Shown one piece after another: positions 61,963 to 64,000 of a stretch of DNA of 64,000 bases. Both the position numbers and the translations under genes were made by a program. How positions within the stretch are numbered: position 1 is the stretch's first letter; the number at the start of each line of letters is the position of its first letter. The notes beneath the pieces were generated by a model that was not told the DNA's origin, searched no databases, and saw only the letters and a list, made by a program, of their open reading frames with translations. The stretch is from Microcoleus sp. (GTDB lineage: Bacteria; Cyanobacteriota; Cyanobacteriia; Cyanobacteriales; Microcoleaceae): NCBI GenBank assembly GCA_052279835.1, contig CP181291.1, positions 6,016,001-6,080,000 on the forward strand, written 5' to 3'.

Positions 61963-62322
61963 ATGGAACCGATTGATTTGTTGATTGCTTGGCTGGTGAC
62001 GGGTAGTAGCTTGCTGCTAATTTCTCAATTGCCGATCGGCGTTGAAATTGACAGCACACCGAAAGCAGTATTTGCAGCGGCGGTGTTGGGGATTTTGAAT
62101 GTTTTAATTTTGCCGATTTTAAAAGCCGTTTTTTTAGTGCCGAACCTGCTGACCCTGGGCTTACTGTCGGGTCTATTTGCGTTTGTAATGAACGTGATTA
62201 TTTTTGCCACTGCTGCTAAATTGGTTGAGGGATTTAGCTTGCGGAAGGGGATGTTGAGTGCGGTATTAGGAGCCCTCGCCTTGGCTGTAGTGAGCAGCTT
62301 CATTAATGGCGTACTAATTTAG
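61963..62322 (+). CDS. Phage holin family / YvlD-like four-TM protein
   Basis: AAAVLGILNVLILPIL...LLTLGL...FVMN pattern. Confidence 0.82.
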   Translation: MEPIDLLIAWLVTGSSLLLISQLPIGVEIDSTPKAVFAAAVLGILNVLILPILKAVFLVPNLLTLGLLSGLFAFVMNVIIFATAAKLVEGFSLRKGMLSAVLGALALAVVSSFINGVLI

Positions 62323-62448
62323 CCGCATTCCCCGATGCACCATCGACTTAGGTAGGGGCAATGGCGGGTGGAATTTCCTCCGCTACTTGATGAGCCCCTA
62401 CCAAATAATCTAGGTAATTCACCCCAATTAATAAATAATCAATAATAA

Positions 62449-63123
62449 CTAACAAATAGCCAATTTATAGGCGACAACTTTATTGTCAATTCCCGTAATA
62501 TCTGTACCGACAACCACAGCTTTAGCCCCTATATCTAAGGCTTTTTTTGCCATTTCTGGGCTGGAAATACCACCTTCGCAGATAACTGGAACGTTGATTT
62601 TTTTGATAATTTCAGCTAGTAATTCAAAGCCTGGTGGGCGCAGATTTTTGGTTTCAAAAGTGTAACCAAAAAGAGTAGTTGCTACTGTATCAGCACCTGC
62701 TTGGGCCGCCGCGATCGCCGCTTCTATGGTATCTACATCTGCCATGACTAATTTGCCCAATTCACTGTGAATGCGAGCAATGAATGTCTTTAAATCTTCT
62801 TCTCCTAGGGGACGGTTTCTGAGAGTAGCGTCAATAGCAATGATATCAGATCCAGCATCGGCGATCGCCCGCGCGTCTTCAAATCGAGGAGTAATATAAA
62901 TCTCGCATCCCGGTAATTGCTGCTTCCAAATCCCGATGATGGGGGCGGATATTTGTTGTCGCACTGCTGCAATGTGGCTGGGAGTATCAATGCGCACCCC
63001 GGAGGCCCCTTGATTGATAGCCGATCGAGCCATGGCAGCAATCACGATGGGATCGTACAGGGGTGAGTCAGTAGGTGCTTGACAAGAAACAATTAATCCT
63101 GTAGGGATTTGACAATTAATCAT
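62449..63123 (-). CDS. nanE: N-acetylmannosamine-6-phosphate 2-epimerase
   Basis: GLIVSCQA, PIIGIWK, YITP, TTLFGYT, EGGI, VVVGTDIT. Confidence 0.92.
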   Translation of the reverse strand: MINCQIPTGLIVSCQAPTDSPLYDPIVIAAMARSAINQGASGVRIDTPSHIAAVRQQISAPIIGIWKQQLPGCEIYITPRFEDARAIADAGSDIIAIDATLRNRPLGEEDLKTFIARIHSELGKLVMADVDTIEAAIAAAQAGADTVATTLFGYTFETKNLRPPGFELLAEIIKKINVPVICEGGISSPEMAKKALDIGAKAVVVGTDITGIDNKVVAYKLAIC

Positions 63124-63346
63124 TAGTGATGTACCGAGTTAGGATAGTATTTGCGATCGGGTTTAACCCGATCGCAATACTATGATACATTTATCCTCTG
63201 ACAATAAATCCACCCTGCTTTTTAAGGGGGGCTGGGGGGATCTAAGACAAAAGAAAACACGCCCTAACCCCCCTTAAATGGATCGCATATCTCCCTTAAA
63301 CTAACCGGAAACTCAACGCTGGTATTCAAGCCTCCTAAAAAAACTT

Positions 63347-64000
63347 ATGAAATTTATCGGCATAGACTTAGGTTGGAGTTCTGGAGCAAGTGGTTTATGC
63401 TGCTTAAATTGGGAAAACAATCGATTGGAATTAATCGAGTGCGATCGCCAAAAATCCCTCAACGACATTCTCACCTGGATCGAAACCCAAATCTCCCCAA
63501 CAGAACCAGCAATCATCGCCGTAGATGCCCCCACAATCATCGCCAATGCCACTGGAATGCGAGAAGCAGATAAACTCACCCACAAACACTTCGGGCGCTA
63601 CCACGCAGGCTGTTATCCAGCCAACCTTTCCCGCCCCTTCGCCCAAAAAACTGTAGAATTAGGCCTCAGTTTAGAAGCCAGAGGATTTGCTCACGCCCCA
63701 ACTATTGAAGCTCAAAAGTTAGGTAGATATCAAATAGAAGTTTATCCTCATCCAGCCACAATAAACTTATTTAAATTAGACAGAATCATTAAATATAAAA
63801 AAGGAAAACTGGCAGAACGTCAACTAGAATTGATGAAACTCTGCCAGTATATTAGAGATATTTTACCAAACCTTGAACCCTCTCTAAATCTGCCTTCTAG
63901 CACAGGCAAGATGCCTGGGAGTCTTGGCGGTTTAATTCCCTTAGAAATTCCCACCAGTATTGCCACCCTCAAAGCTTTAGAAGACCAGCTAGATGCCTTG
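63347..64000 (+). CDS. DUF429 (RNase H-like) protein, 3' partial
   Basis: MKFIGIDLGWSSGASG...AVDAPT...IEVYPHPA...KYKKG...EDQLDAL; open to the window end and not in the ORF track. Confidence 0.88.
   Translation, partial: MKFIGIDLGWSSGASGLCCLNWENNRLELIECDRQKSLNDILTWIETQISPTEPAIIAVDAPTIIANATGMREADKLTHKHFGRYHAGCYPANLSRPFAQKTVELGLSLEARGFAHAPTIEAQKLGRYQIEVYPHPATINLFKLDRIIKYKKGKLAERQLELMKLCQYIRDILPNLEPSLNLPSSTGKMPGSLGGLIPLEIPTSIATLKALEDQLDAL

Larger units (their letters stand above)
1..64000. repeat. HIP1 octamer GCGATCGC, dispersed throughout
   Basis: GCGATCGC and near variants recur in most genes and intergenic regions, a known cyanobacterial hallmark. Confidence 0.95.

Noticed and set aside
61963..62322. 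Prophage suggested by a phage holin family gene
   Set aside because: This family is common on bacterial chromosomes, and no phage structural, integrase or lysin genes are nearby.
63151..63177. Perfect palindrome TTGCGATCGGGTTTAACCCGATCGCAA as a regulator site
   Set aside because: It is built from two inverted HIP1-like motifs and cannot be separated from the HIP1 background.

Overview
Chromosomal window of a cyanobacterium. Dense HIP1 GCGATCGC octamers, heptamer tandem repeats and the gene content suggest a filamentous Oscillatoriales/Microcoleaceae-type genome (inference). The backbone is mostly core genes: a CheA-like hybrid kinase, pnp, SNF2 plus SWIM, aqpZ, gluconokinase, pfkB, pedR-like, hisS, nupC, RluA-family synthase, recQ, M23 peptidase, ftsH, psb32, lysC, hik2-like, ccb1, pex, mrdA and nanE. 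Small accessory or defence-like inserts are scattered through it. (i) At 29.6-34.4 kb a PIN toxin gene is stopped by a 21-nt element inserted into a HIP1 site and runs in frame into a CHAT protease-STAND NTPase-TPR gene, which is followed by a small protein with a hydrophobic C-terminus. (ii) Two apparently orphan m5C methyltransferases are present, one next to an uncharacterised two-gene module with ART/RES-like motifs. (iii) A Dam-like methylase is paired with a PD-(D/E)xK nuclease. Intergenic DNA holds several MITE families (some nested, one with 8-bp target duplications), a 6S-like rod-shaped RNA candidate, and a perfect 23-bp palindrome flanked by two convergent sigma70-type promoters. 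SWIM and mrdA each carry a +1 frameshift in a short homopolymer, possibly sequencing errors. No rRNA, tRNA, CRISPR array or transposase was recognised. Family names come from recognising motifs by eye; no database search was run.
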